A DNA stretch of 64,000 bases from an uncultured Verrucomicrobiae bacterium (GCA_963818965.1 CAWFUG010000010.1:1-64000); one strand, 5' to 3'; positions 30,595 to 40,430 are shown, numbered from the stretch's first letter. Notes: generated by a model not told the origin, from the letters alone. Made by a program: numbers and translations.

Positions 30595-33417
30595 ATGTCC
30601 ACATTAAACCATTTAAATTCAGATCCAAACTACTCTGTATATCAAAATCTATCTCGCTACATCCTATCCCACTTGGATCAAGACTCCCAAAGAGCGGTGG
30701 CCTGTGCCGGCAGTGGATTAAACCAACTCGCCACACTCCACTTGGCAGAGAATGTTAAAGAATTATTTTACGCTGTCATTAAAAAACTGGGAAAAAACCC
30801 CTCCTCCCATGAGCACAGATCCGATACTTTTTTGCATATTCTCTCCTTTCTGAGTTCTCTAGATAGGAGAATTGCCCACTGCGTCTCCCGCCACTGGAAT
30901 CACAGCTTGGATCGGTTAGCTCTCGAGGAAAAAAACGCTGAAATCAGTGAGCACTTCGAACCTTTAAGAAAAACGGTGGGGCTTTTGGAAGAGCATTTTT
31001 CGCTTCACCCCAACATCTCTCCTGAGCGTAAGGCGTTTATCGCTGCGACTTTAAAGGATCTTTTGCCGAGCAGAAAAGACGTGAAAGATGTAGCTGATGT
31101 AAAGAAGCTTGAATACCCCACGCAATTATCTATGACGAACTTATTGCGATCATTGGACGAAAAAGAGCTCGCGGCTTTTCTACAATTTTCAGACTTCAGC
31201 AGGGATAACGATTTAGCGAAATTTTTAGATCTCATCATCAAATGCGTACCTCTCTATCGAGAAGGGAGAGCTACTGGGGATGATATCGGCTCTCTTCGCG
31301 CTATCTTGGACTGCCGTCCTTATTTTCCACTGAATGATTATTCTCCGATAACACAGGAGATACAAGATAGGGCAGAGAAAGAGGCCCGAGAAGGCGATCC
31401 CGTCCGAGCTGTCCAGTTGGCCACAGTATATTCTGAAATGCTGTCCGAGAATTACTTTATCAGGGCAAACCGATTGGCAACGATGAGCTGGTTATTAATC
31501 GAGAGGGGGAGGTTCGTCCCTGGTATGCAAATTGCGACACTCTGCGTTCAAGCAGTCCCTAAGCACCTATCATGGAATCCGATAGCAGAGAAGCTACAAG
31601 GTGAGGCAGAGAAAGCGGCCCGAGAGGGCAATCCCAACCAAACTGTCTGGTTGGCTACATTATATTCTGAAATAACGCCTAAGGTTGACTATACCGAGAC
31701 CAAGGGAAACCACTTGGGAACGATAAGCTTTCTATTAATCGAGAGGGGATTTTTCGATGCTGGCATGCAAATTATAACACTCGGCGTTCAAGCGATCCCT
31801 AACCACTTACTCAAAGTGCGCACGATTGAGGGCTTCTATATTTTATTGGCACAGCAAGGAGGAACGGAGGAACAACTCAGACAGGTTGAAGACTTCTATT
31901 GCAAAACCGTCATTGAAGCAGAAAAAAATGAGTGGAGCCTGGATGATTGTTTGAAAATCGCAGACAGGTGCTATGGGTACTCCGGAAGCGAAGAGGCTCT
32001 TTTGGCGGTTAGCATTAGATTAGTCAACTGCATCAGGTCAGATAATCCCAGCATTTATAAAATGGCTCCACTGCCTACTTCTGTAGGACCAGTGCTTTTT
32101 AAAAAAATGGTCGAGGCACTTGTTGACAAAGGTTTTTTCAATGAAGCTGTCGACATCGCTGTCATCTGTGCTAAAACGCATTTTGGAGCCTACTGGATAA
32201 AAGCAAACATAATACGAGATATCGGTAAGACATTAATAAGAAAACAAGGAGCTTCTGAACAAGTCCTTCAAATCGCTGAGATCTGTTGCAAAATGACCTC
32301 CGAGGCCAATCTGCAAAATTATCCTGAAGCCCTCTGTGATATGATCCTTATGGCAGATGATGAAGGGAATCCCGCTCTTGGGAGAGATATCGCTCTTGAA
32401 CCGTTGACCCTCAACTCATGGAAGAAAAGCGAGCTGCAAGCTCTGTTCAACATCTTAGAGCGCCTTGCATTTCGCCATATGAGAAACGGCAATTTTCAGG
32501 AAGCGCTCCACTATTTTGAGAGCCTGCGTCCTCTTGCAGATACGAGAAAACAGATTGAGAGCCTGAAGGATTTAGTAGAAGCCTATCCCAACAACCCTCC
32601 GCCTGAAAAAGTATACGCATTTTTGCGGCAAGAGCTGCCTGTTCTTTTGGAACAACTCTATGGAGACGATCGGGCTTTTGAAGAATTTTACTCCGCAGAC
32701 GTCTTCTCCCTCTTCCCCCTCCTTCTTGAAATGGGAGAAATGGGACTAGCCCAGGAATTGATGGAAAGAGCTCTCATTATTGTTCATCAAAAACATACAG
32801 AAGACGAACTATTTTTGAATGAGATTTTGTTTTTTGATGATAGATTTTTTTCGCTCCTTTGTCGCATGGGAAATGTGGAACGGGCCAGGGAATTAATGGA
32901 TCTAGTCATTGCGATTCTTCGCAAGAACTACCCTGAGGACGAAAATTTTTGCTCTCAGATCTTTCGGCGAGACATCTTCTTCCGCCTTTGTAAAATGGGA
33001 GATTTGGTACGGGCTAGGGAGTTAATGGGCCAAGTCCTTACGATGCTTCGTCTGCAATATCCTAAGGATACAAAATTTTGTAATCAAATCTTTGATAAAA
33101 ACATCTTCTATCACCTTTTTAACATGAGAGATTTGGAACAGGCCAGAGAATTAATGGATCAAGTGATTGCGATTCTTCGTCAGAAATATCCTGAGGACAG
33201 AAAATTTTTTAGACAGATCCTTAAGCATAATACCTGCTCCACTCTTTCTAACATGGGGAATTTGGTACAAGCACGGGAATTAATGAACCAAGCTATTACA
33301 ACTCTCCGTCAAAAACATCCAAAAGACAACAAATTTTTCGCAGCGCTTATTCAGCAAGAAGTTTTTGTACAGCTTTGCGGAATCGGGGCTGTCGATAAAG
33401 CTATCCAGCCTCTTTGA
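30595..33417 (+). CDS. F-box-like / helical-repeat protein, paralog 3 (C-terminus frameshifted; homology continues to 33682)
   Basis: Long stretches identical to paralog 2; about 5 copies of the 43-aa repeat; +1 C near 33410 causes an early TGA. Confidence 0.78.
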   Translation: MSTLNHLNSDPNYSVYQNLSRYILSHLDQDSQRAVACAGSGLNQLATLHLAENVKELFYAVIKKLGKNPSSHEHRSDTFLHILSFLSSLDRRIAHCVSRHWNHSLDRLALEEKNAEISEHFEPLRKTVGLLEEHFSLHPNISPERKAFIAATLKDLLPSRKDVKDVADVKKLEYPTQLSMTNLLRSLDEKELAAFLQFSDFSRDNDLAKFLDLIIKCVPLYREGRATGDDIGSLRAILDCRPYFPLNDYSPITQEIQDRAEKEAREGDPVRAVQLATVYSEMLSENYFIRANRLATMSWLLIERGRFVPGMQIATLCVQAVPKHLSWNPIAEKLQGEAEKAAREGNPNQTVWLATLYSEITPKVDYTETKGNHLGTISFLLIERGFFDAGMQIITLGVQAIPNHLLKVRTIEGFYILLAQQGGTEEQLRQVEDFYCKTVIEAEKNEWSLDDCLKIADRCYGYSGSEEALLAVSIRLVNCIRSDNPSIYKMAPLPTSVGPVLFKKMVEALVDKGFFNEAVDIAVICAKTHFGAYWIKANIIRDIGKTLIRKQGASEQVLQIAEICCKMTSEANLQNYPEALCDMILMADDEGNPALGRDIALEPLTLNSWKKSELQALFNILERLAFRHMRNGNFQEALHYFESLRPLADTRKQIESLKDLVEAYPNNPPPEKVYAFLRQELPVLLEQLYGDDRAFEEFYSADVFSLFPLLLEMGEMGLAQELMERALIIVHQKHTEDELFLNEILFFDDRFFSLLCRMGNVERARELMDLVIAILRKNYPEDENFCSQIFRRDIFFRLCKMGDLVRARELMGQVLTMLRLQYPKDTKFCNQIFDKNIFYHLFNMRDLEQARELMDQVIAILRQKYPEDRKFFRQILKHNTCSTLSNMGNLVQARELMNQAITTLRQKHPKDNKFFAALIQQEVFVQLCGIGAVDKAIQPL

Positions 33418-33695
33418 AACAATGCCAGCAGACTTTGTTCCGGACAGAAGTGTGCAAGCATAATAAAAATCTAAAAGAAGATTGCGCTCGAATTAATGGA
33501 AAACAAGAAATCTGTATCTGAGGAGTCTTAGTATAAAATCTTACAGATTTTAGGAATGCTCATTGAAGATCCAGATAAAAAAAAGTTAATGAAAAAAGTA
33601 CAGCGACTTGGAGAAACGTGTGAAGCCCAAGCTTCGGGGCTGCTCTTCGTCTGACTCTACCTCTTCATCTTCATCTGACTAATATTAAGGGCAAG

Positions 33696-33733
33696 TTTGA
33701 CCGTGGGGCGCTGCGAAAGCTCCCACGGTCAAA
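33696..33733. repeat. 38-bp hairpin after paralog 3
   Basis: Identical to 30072-30109. Confidence 0.75.
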
Positions 33734-33737
33734 TATA

Positions 33738-33815
33738 TATACTGCGCCCGGTTAGGAATTGCGAATTTGAGAGCGTCAAAGCTCAAATTCGCAATTCCTA
33801 ACCGGGCGCAGTATA
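33738..33815. mobile_element. 78-bp TATA-ended palindrome, short relative of the 15224 element
   Basis: tatactgcgcccggttaggaattgcgaatttgag...ctcaaattcgcaattcctaaccgggcgcagtata. Confidence 0.85.
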
Positions 33816-33826
33816 TTAAGAGATAT

Positions 33827-34102
33827 TTATTTGGGGAGCCAAAAAAGGGCATCTCGAAGGACACCAGCAGTCTCATGAACGGCGGCGTTCCTTTCTTTTT
33901 CTTCTTTTTCTTTGTTATATCCTTCGATGACTTGCTGACGCTCTTTTTCACTTAAGGTGTGCCACACCACTTCATCAACACCGAAGTATTTCTTCGAACA
34001 GGATGCCATTAGAAAGCACCCTAACCCAAGGGCGATCATCGTTATTTGCTTTGTCTTCTTTTTCACAAAAACCCAGTTGTTTTTTCTCAGAAATTTTAAC
34101 AA
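33827..34102 (-). CDS. Small putative lipoprotein (start uncertain)
   Basis: Basic N-region, hydrophobic stretch, lipobox-like LMASC. Confidence 0.6.
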   Translation of the reverse strand: MLKFLRKNNWVFVKKKTKQITMIALGLGCFLMASCSKKYFGVDEVVWHTLSEKERQQVIEGYNKEKEEKERNAAVHETAGVLRDALFWLPK

Positions 34103-34347
34103 AAAGCCAGAATAAATGAAATTAGTACACTTTTTTTACTGAGCCTCACTCGATTTTTTAGATGTTCTAGCTATTATCGGGCGCAGCCCCGATTGGTAGA
34201 AGCCCGCTCGTAAAATAATTTTGAAGCAGTCGGGCTGCCCCAGTATCGGTATCGAGATCGACCGGGAAATGTGTAAAGTAAAGTCAGCAGGGAAAATCAT
34301 CGACTTTTCCACTCAATTTGTGCTATATCTACTCTCCGATCTGAATA

Positions 34348-36996
34348 ATGGGTAAGAGTCTTATGATTTCTCAAGAGATCCGCCGGAATTTTCTCAAATA
34401 CTTCAAGGACAATGGGCATACCGTCGTCCCCTCTTCCTCTGTCGTACCGCACGACGATCCGACTCTGCTTTTCACCAATGCGGGGATGAATCAGTTCAAA
34501 GATGCCTTTTTGGGCAAGAGCCAGAGAGATTACGCCCGTGCGACGAGCGCTCAAAAGTGCATTCGCGTAGGAGGGAAACACAACGATCTCGACAATGTGG
34601 GGCATACGGCGCGCCACCTGACTTTTTTTGAAATGCTCGGCAATTTCTCTTTCGGCGACTATTTCAAAGAGCAGGCGATCCAGTTCGCCTGGGAAGTATC
34701 GACGAAGATCTTTGGCTTTTATCCCGAGAAGATTTGGGTAAGTGTTTTCCGCGAGGATGACGAAGCGTTTTCCTATTGGAAAAAGATCGTCCCTGAAAAG
34801 AGAATCGTCCGGCTCGATGAGAAGGATAACTTCTGGGAGATGGGAGAGACAGGACCGTGCGGCCCCTGCTCTGAGCTCTATTACGACAAAGGGGAAAAAT
34901 ACGGCCCTGCTCCTTCCATGAAAGAAGACACAGAAGGCGAGCGTTACATGGAATTTTGGAACCTGGTCTTCATGCAGTTCAACCGCGACTCTTCCGGTAA
35001 ATGTGAGACGCTGCCCAAACAATCGATCGATACGGGAGCGGGGCTCGAGAGGATCGTCTCTTTAAAGATGGGGGTCGATTCTGTCTTTGCAACGGACATC
35101 TTCCAATCGCTCATCGCCCAAATCGAAAACATCTCGCAGAAAAAATACGATGCAGCAGACCCGATTTTAGCTCCGGCCTTTCACGTGATTGCCGATCATA
35201 TCCGCTCGCTCGCCTTTGCCATCGCCGATGGGGCGCAGCCGAGTAATGTCGAGCGGGGCTATATCTTGCGCAAACTGCTACGCCGTGCCGTGCGTTACGG
35301 GCGTATGCTCGGGATGCAAGATCCTTTCCTCGCGCAAATCTTGCCACGACTCAATGAACTGATGGGAGAGGACTATCCGATCCTTCCCTTATCAGAGAGC
35401 CGGATCGCAGAGATCCTTACCCTCGAAGAAGAAGCCTTTTTGCGCACTCTCAAACGGGGAGGCAATATCTTGAGCCAAATCATCGAAAAGGCCAAACACC
35501 ATCCCCAGAAGCAGATTACAGGAGAAGAGGCGTTCAAGCTCAAAGACACTTATGGACTCCCCCTCGAAGAGATCCTGCTCATCGCAAAGGACACAGGACT
35601 ACAGGTCAATCTCGATTCCTACCAGTTACTCGAAGAGAGGGCAAAAGAGCTCTCACGCAGCGCCCATGTCTCTCACTCCCAAGAGGTCGAGGAGAGTCTT
35701 TTCAAAGAACACGTCCAAAAATGGGGAGCTTGTGAATTTTTAGGCTATGACCATACCACTCTAGAAGCGACTATCGTCGGTCTCATCGTCGAGGGAAAAT
35801 GGGTCGATCATATCGAAGAGGGACAAGACGGAATCGTCCTCCTCAATCGCTCTCCGTTCTATGCGGAAAAAGGGGGACAAGTCGGAGACATCGGGACCAT
35901 CACCCACGAGCGCGCCTCTTTTAAAGTCCTCGATTGCCAATCCCCGTATCCCGGTGTCATCGCCCATAGCGGTCGCCTCGAAAAGGGCACACTCATTCTC
36001 AAAGAAAAAGTCCAATCGAGCGTCGATGCCAAGCGACGCGACTCCATTGCGAAAAACCACACGGCAACCCACCTGCTCCATTGGGCGCTGCAAAAGACGT
36101 TGGGCGAGCATATCCGCCAAGCGGGCTCACTCGTGCAAGCCGGTCGCCTGCGCTTCGATTTCAATCACCACAAGGGAGTAACACCGGAGGAGATCCGACA
36201 GATCGAGCGGCTGATCAATGATAAAATCAGAGAAGGGAAAGCGGTCTCGACCTATCAAATTTCATTGGAAGAGGCTCAATCTCACCCCGAGATCAAGCAG
36301 TTCTTCGGCGAAAAGTATGGATCAAAGGTGCGCGTCGTCGATATCGATTTCTCCAAAGAGCTCTGCGGAGGGATCCACACGGATAACGTCTCTAATATCG
36401 GCTATTTCCGCATCGCAAAAGAAGGGAGCATCGCCGCAGGTGTCCGCCGGATCGAAGCCGTGACGGGAAAAGAAGCGGAAGATTTGGCCTACGATGTGGA
36501 GGATTTCGTTCAAAGAGCATCTGAAACCCTCAAAGTACCCCAAGGGCAATTGATCGAAAAGGCAGAAAAACTCCTCGAGGAAAACAAGACATTGGCTCTC
36601 GAGGTCAGACGACTAAAGAGCGCCTCTTTAAAGCATTTGGCTCAAGAGCTCAAAGAAAAAAGAGAGCGGATCGGACCCTTCACCCTCATTACAGAAATCG
36701 TCGCGATCGAGCCAGAGTTGCTCACCGATTTGAGCGAACAGCTTTCCCAAGCACTCGGTTCTGGGATCGTCATTTTAGCGATCCAGGCCCAAGACCGGTG
36801 CCAGCTCATCGCACGCGTTTCCCACGACCTCATCGAACAGGGGATCCACGCTGCTTCACTGATGAAAGAGATCGCCCCTCTTTGCGGCGGCAGCGGTGGT
36901 GGAAAAGCGGAATCTGCACAGGCGGGGGGCAAAAATCCAGAGGGAATCCCGTTAGCCTTTGAAAAAGCAAGAGAATGGCTCCTACAGAAGCAATAA
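34348..36996 (+). CDS. alaS: Alanine--tRNA ligase
   Basis: DPTLLFTNAGMNQFK, HLTFFEMLGNFSFGDYFK, NHTATHLL, ELCGG, GGSGGG. Confidence 0.99.
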   Translation: MGKSLMISQEIRRNFLKYFKDNGHTVVPSSSVVPHDDPTLLFTNAGMNQFKDAFLGKSQRDYARATSAQKCIRVGGKHNDLDNVGHTARHLTFFEMLGNFSFGDYFKEQAIQFAWEVSTKIFGFYPEKIWVSVFREDDEAFSYWKKIVPEKRIVRLDEKDNFWEMGETGPCGPCSELYYDKGEKYGPAPSMKEDTEGERYMEFWNLVFMQFNRDSSGKCETLPKQSIDTGAGLERIVSLKMGVDSVFATDIFQSLIAQIENISQKKYDAADPILAPAFHVIADHIRSLAFAIADGAQPSNVERGYILRKLLRRAVRYGRMLGMQDPFLAQILPRLNELMGEDYPILPLSESRIAEILTLEEEAFLRTLKRGGNILSQIIEKAKHHPQKQITGEEAFKLKDTYGLPLEEILLIAKDTGLQVNLDSYQLLEERAKELSRSAHVSHSQEVEESLFKEHVQKWGACEFLGYDHTTLEATIVGLIVEGKWVDHIEEGQDGIVLLNRSPFYAEKGGQVGDIGTITHERASFKVLDCQSPYPGVIAHSGRLEKGTLILKEKVQSSVDAKRRDSIAKNHTATHLLHWALQKTLGEHIRQAGSLVQAGRLRFDFNHHKGVTPEEIRQIERLINDKIREGKAVSTYQISLEEAQSHPEIKQFFGEKYGSKVRVVDIDFSKELCGGIHTDNVSNIGYFRIAKEGSIAAGVRRIEAVTGKEAEDLAYDVEDFVQRASETLKVPQGQLIEKAEKLLEENKTLALEVRRLKSASLKHLAQELKEKRERIGPFTLITEIVAIEPELLTDLSEQLSQALGSGIVILAIQAQDRCQLIARVSHDLIEQGIHAASLMKEIAPLCGGSGGGKAESAQAGGKNPEGIPLAFEKAREWLLQKQ

Positions 36997-39900
36997 AAAA
37001 AAACCCACGCCTCGCGCAGTTTTTAGAGCTCCTTCCTAAAGAGGCCTCGATTCTCATCGAAGAGCTCTGGGAGGGGCCTAAAGCTGTTCTGCTCGCTCTC
37101 TTAAGAGAAGCGACGCAAAAACACATCCTCGTCATCAGCAGTAGTAGTGAAGATAGGCTTTTTAACGACCTGTTCTTTTTTTCCCAAAAAAATATCGTCG
37201 AATTCCCCTCTTGGGAAACCCTCCCCTCTGAAGAGATCGCTCCGAGTGCTGACCTCACGGGAAAAAGACTCGAGGTGTTGCACAGTCTTCTCTCTACTCC
37301 TTCCCCCCATATCGTCTTTGCACCTCTGCAAGCAGTGCTTCAAAAGCTTCCCGGAAAGAAAGCGCTAAAACCGCTCAATCTTCTCTGGAAAAAAGGGATG
37401 GAAGTCCCGTTCGATCGCCTCTCTGACACCTTATCTCATCTGGGTTATCAAAGGGCCCCTGTCGTCTCCGACAAGGGGGAATATGCGCTACGCGGCGGGA
37501 TTCTCGATCTCTTCCCGAGCTCTTCTGAAAGCCCTTACCGGTTCGAATTCTTCGGCGATACGATCGAGGAAGTGCGCACCTTTGACCCAGTCAGCCAAAA
37601 ATCGATTGCAAAAGTAGAATCAGCCCTCATTCCTCCCGCCTCTGAGGTCTTCCTGCTGCGCAAAGAGGAACCCCTCTCCACTCTTCTCGACTACCTAGGC
37701 CCCAACACCCTCATCGTCTTTAACGATCTGCTCGCTTTGGAAGATCGCTGGGTCGGACTCAAGAGCCTCACTCCTGCGAAGAGTCCCTACTTTTACCCCT
37801 TCGAGGCGTTTTTAAAAGAGACAGCTTCCCTGACCTGTCACTTTTGGTCCAACGAAAAAATGGAAGCGCTCTCAGAAGTGACGCTCGAAGAAAAAGGGGG
37901 AAGGGCCTTCTACAGCGGTAAACTCCCCTTCCAATCGCTTTCCTTCCAACTGCTCGATCAGACATTTAACACCAAGCGCTGGCACCACCCCTTCCTTCCC
38001 ATCGCCGATTACTTTTCTCTCTCTGAAAACAAAAGCGCAGCGACCGAAGAAGAAATTTTACGCTCCATCCACGCCCAGGCCAATTCCCCTATACATATCG
38101 AGTTCCTCTCTGCAACAGAAGCAGAAGAAAACGCCTTTCGAGAGCGGCTCAAAACCCAAGAGATCTCCCTACCGAAACACCATGCGTTTTTGAAAGGGTA
38201 CCTCTCCAATGGATTTGTCCTTTCAGAGGGCCCTTATGCCCTTCTGCCGATGACAGAAATGACCCACCGCCTACAGCCAAGACGACAAAAATGGCGGAGC
38301 ACAGCGCACACCCCCGCTTCCGATTTTCACGAGCTCATCCCCGGCGATGCTGTCGTCCACTTCCACCACGGCGTCGCCAAATACCTCGGGGTCGAAAAGC
38401 GACAGAATCACATGGGCGTCGACACCGAGTTCATGCAGCTAGAGTATGCGGAAAAGAGCAAACTCTTCGTCCCCGTCGCTCAATCCCACCTCGTCAGTCG
38501 CTACATCGGCGTGCGGGAAGAGGTCCCCGTTTTAAGCCAACTCGGCTCCAACCGATGGCAAAAGATGCGCACTTCGGCACAGCAGGCGATCCTCGGCTAT
38601 GCAGATCAGCTGCTGCGCATGCACGCTGAGCGCGCAGTCCACGGAGGGATCCAATTTCCCCCAGACTCTGAAGATGTAGAACTCTTTGAACAGGACTTTC
38701 CCTTCATCGAAACAGAAGACCAACTCAATGCGATTGACGCCATTCGGCGCGACATGCAATCCCTGAAGGCGATGGACCGACTCATCTGCGGCGATGTCGG
38801 CTACGGCAAAACAGAGGTCGCGATGCGCGCTGCATTTAAAGCCGTAGTCGATGGGAAAAAGCAGGTAGCCGTCCTCGTTCCCACTACAGTGCTCGCGATG
38901 CAGCACTACGAGACCTTTTGCGAGCGCATGGCGAATTTTCCTGTGACAATCGGCGTCCTCTCCCGCTTCCGCTCCGCAAAAGAGATCAAAGAGACGTTGA
39001 AAAGAGCGAAAGAAGGAACCCTCGATATCCTCATTGGCACCCACCGGATCATCAGTAAAGACGTCCATTTCAAAGACCTCGGCCTTCTCATCATCGACGA
39101 AGAGCAGCGGTTCGGCGTCCGTGCCAAAGAGCACCTTAAAAAGATCAAAGTGGGAGTCGATTGCCTCACCCTCTCCGCGACGCCTATCCCCCGCACTCTC
39201 TACCTCTCCCTCATCGGCGCCAAAGAGGTTTCCGTCATCAACACACCCCCTCAGGACCGCCTTCCGATCAAATCGATCCTCGCCGAAAGAGATTGGAAAC
39301 TGATCCACAATGCCCTCTTGCGAGAGCTCTCCCGCGATGGCCAAGCCTATTTCATCCATAACCGAATCGAATCGCTCTTTAAAATCGCAGAAGAGATCCA
39401 AAAGGGATTGCCTGAGGCTAACATCGTAGTCGGCCACGGACAAATGTCCGCGGCAGAGCTCGATTCCGTCTTCCACTCCTTCAAAACGGGCCTCGCCGAT
39501 ATCCTGGTCGCAACGACCATCATCGAAAATGGGATCGACATCCCCAACGCAAATACGATTTTAATCGACCGCGCAGACACCTTTGGCCTCGCCGATCTCT
39601 ACCAAATGCGCGGGCGCGTCGGACGCTGGAATCGCCCCGCCTATTCCTATTTCCTCGTTCCTCAAATGCGCGAATTGCCTAAAGTAACGCGCCGCAGACT
39701 GCATGCGCTCACAGAATCCTCAGGCTTTGGTGGGGGGATGAAAGTTGCGATGCGCGATTTAGAGATCCGCGGTGCAGGAGACATTTTGGGCGTAGAGCAG
39801 TCGGGACAGATCTCCTCGATCGGCTTCCATCTCTATTGCAAACTCTTAAAGCGCGCGATCGATGCTCTCAAAAACAAATCAGCGCCCTCTTTCACAGAGA

Positions 39901-40277
39901 CCAAGATGGAATTTCCCTACGACGCCGCATTGCCCGAGAGCTATATCAATGAAAGTACACTCCGCATGGAGATCTACCACCGCCTCGGCGAATCGATCTC
40001 TTTTCAAGAGATCGACGCCATCCTCCAAGAGCTCAAAGACCGCTTTGGCCCCTATCCACCCCAAGTGCTCTGGCTCTACCACCTCACGCGCCTGCGCCTC
40101 TTCGCCTCACAAAACCACTTCACTCTACTCAAAATCGAAAACGTCACCTTCACGGCAGAACGCCAGAGCGGCAAAGTCCTCGTCAAAAAGACGCTCCCTC
40201 TTCCCAAGTCGAAAAAACCAGAAGAGATCGAGAAAGCCGTAACGGAAGCGCTAAAGACACAATTTGGGATTGCTTAG
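36975..40277 (+). CDS. mfd: Transcription-repair coupling factor
   Basis: CGDVGYGKTEVA, IDEEQRFG, SATPIPRTL, QMRGRVGR, RDLEIRGAG. Confidence 0.99.
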   Translation: MAPTEAIKKNPRLAQFLELLPKEASILIEELWEGPKAVLLALLREATQKHILVISSSSEDRLFNDLFFFSQKNIVEFPSWETLPSEEIAPSADLTGKRLEVLHSLLSTPSPHIVFAPLQAVLQKLPGKKALKPLNLLWKKGMEVPFDRLSDTLSHLGYQRAPVVSDKGEYALRGGILDLFPSSSESPYRFEFFGDTIEEVRTFDPVSQKSIAKVESALIPPASEVFLLRKEEPLSTLLDYLGPNTLIVFNDLLALEDRWVGLKSLTPAKSPYFYPFEAFLKETASLTCHFWSNEKMEALSEVTLEEKGGRAFYSGKLPFQSLSFQLLDQTFNTKRWHHPFLPIADYFSLSENKSAATEEEILRSIHAQANSPIHIEFLSATEAEENAFRERLKTQEISLPKHHAFLKGYLSNGFVLSEGPYALLPMTEMTHRLQPRRQKWRSTAHTPASDFHELIPGDAVVHFHHGVAKYLGVEKRQNHMGVDTEFMQLEYAEKSKLFVPVAQSHLVSRYIGVREEVPVLSQLGSNRWQKMRTSAQQAILGYADQLLRMHAERAVHGGIQFPPDSEDVELFEQDFPFIETEDQLNAIDAIRRDMQSLKAMDRLICGDVGYGKTEVAMRAAFKAVVDGKKQVAVLVPTTVLAMQHYETFCERMANFPVTIGVLSRFRSAKEIKETLKRAKEGTLDILIGTHRIISKDVHFKDLGLLIIDEEQRFGVRAKEHLKKIKVGVDCLTLSATPIPRTLYLSLIGAKEVSVINTPPQDRLPIKSILAERDWKLIHNALLRELSRDGQAYFIHNRIESLFKIAEEIQKGLPEANIVVGHGQMSAAELDSVFHSFKTGLADILVATTIIENGIDIPNANTILIDRADTFGLADLYQMRGRVGRWNRPAYSYFLVPQMRELPKVTRRRLHALTESSGFGGGMKVAMRDLEIRGAGDILGVEQSGQISSIGFHLYCKLLKRAIDALKNKSAPSFTETKMEFPYDAALPESYINESTLRMEIYHRLGESISFQEIDAILQELKDRFGPYPPQVLWLYHLTRLRLFASQNHFTLLKIENVTFTAERQSGKVLVKKTLPLPKSKKPEEIEKAVTEALKTQFGIA

Positions 40278-40279
40278 AG

Positions 40280-40428
40280 CGTTGTTGCATTAAACCAAAA
40301 TTAACCACAGAGAGGGGAAACCACAGAGAGATTTTTTTTAAACAGCTCTTCTGACCAAGAAGTCTGATATAAATTTTCTCTCTGTGGTTTCCCCTCTCTG
40401 TGGTTAATTTTTGGTTTATGCGACGGCG
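40280..40428. repeat. ACCACAGAG REP/BIME-like inverted repeat, copy 4, with extended arms
   Basis: taaaccaaaattaaccacagagaggggaaaccacagagag...ctctctgtggtttcccctctctgtggttaatttttggttta fills the mfd/amn convergent gap. Confidence 0.88.
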
Positions 40429-40430
40429 TG

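Noticed and set aside
23069..33682. Paralog variation as a diversity-generating retroelement
   Set aside because: No reverse transcriptase, no short TR/VR pair, and the differences are not adenine-specific.
12941..33815. Palindromes as integron attC sites or simple terminators
   Set aside because: Ends are TATA rather than RYYYAAC/GTTRRRY, there is no IntI or cassette array, they lack U-tracts, and one lies mid-gene.
33685..33955. ORFs 33685-33951 and 33767-33955 (also 30073-30285 and 13032-13229)
   Set aside because: Largely translations of palindromic elements or off-frame overlaps, with no clear RBS.
34170..34270. Hairpins upstream of alaS as a T-box or riboswitch
   Set aside because: No T-box consensus or terminator/antiterminator; only short GC hairpins (atcgggcgcagccccgat), seen once.
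34297..35022. 241-aa antisense ORF
   Set aside because: Shadow of the conserved alaS 5' region.
38532..39476. 314-aa antisense ORF
   Set aside because: Shadow of the mfd helicase core; no independent motifs.
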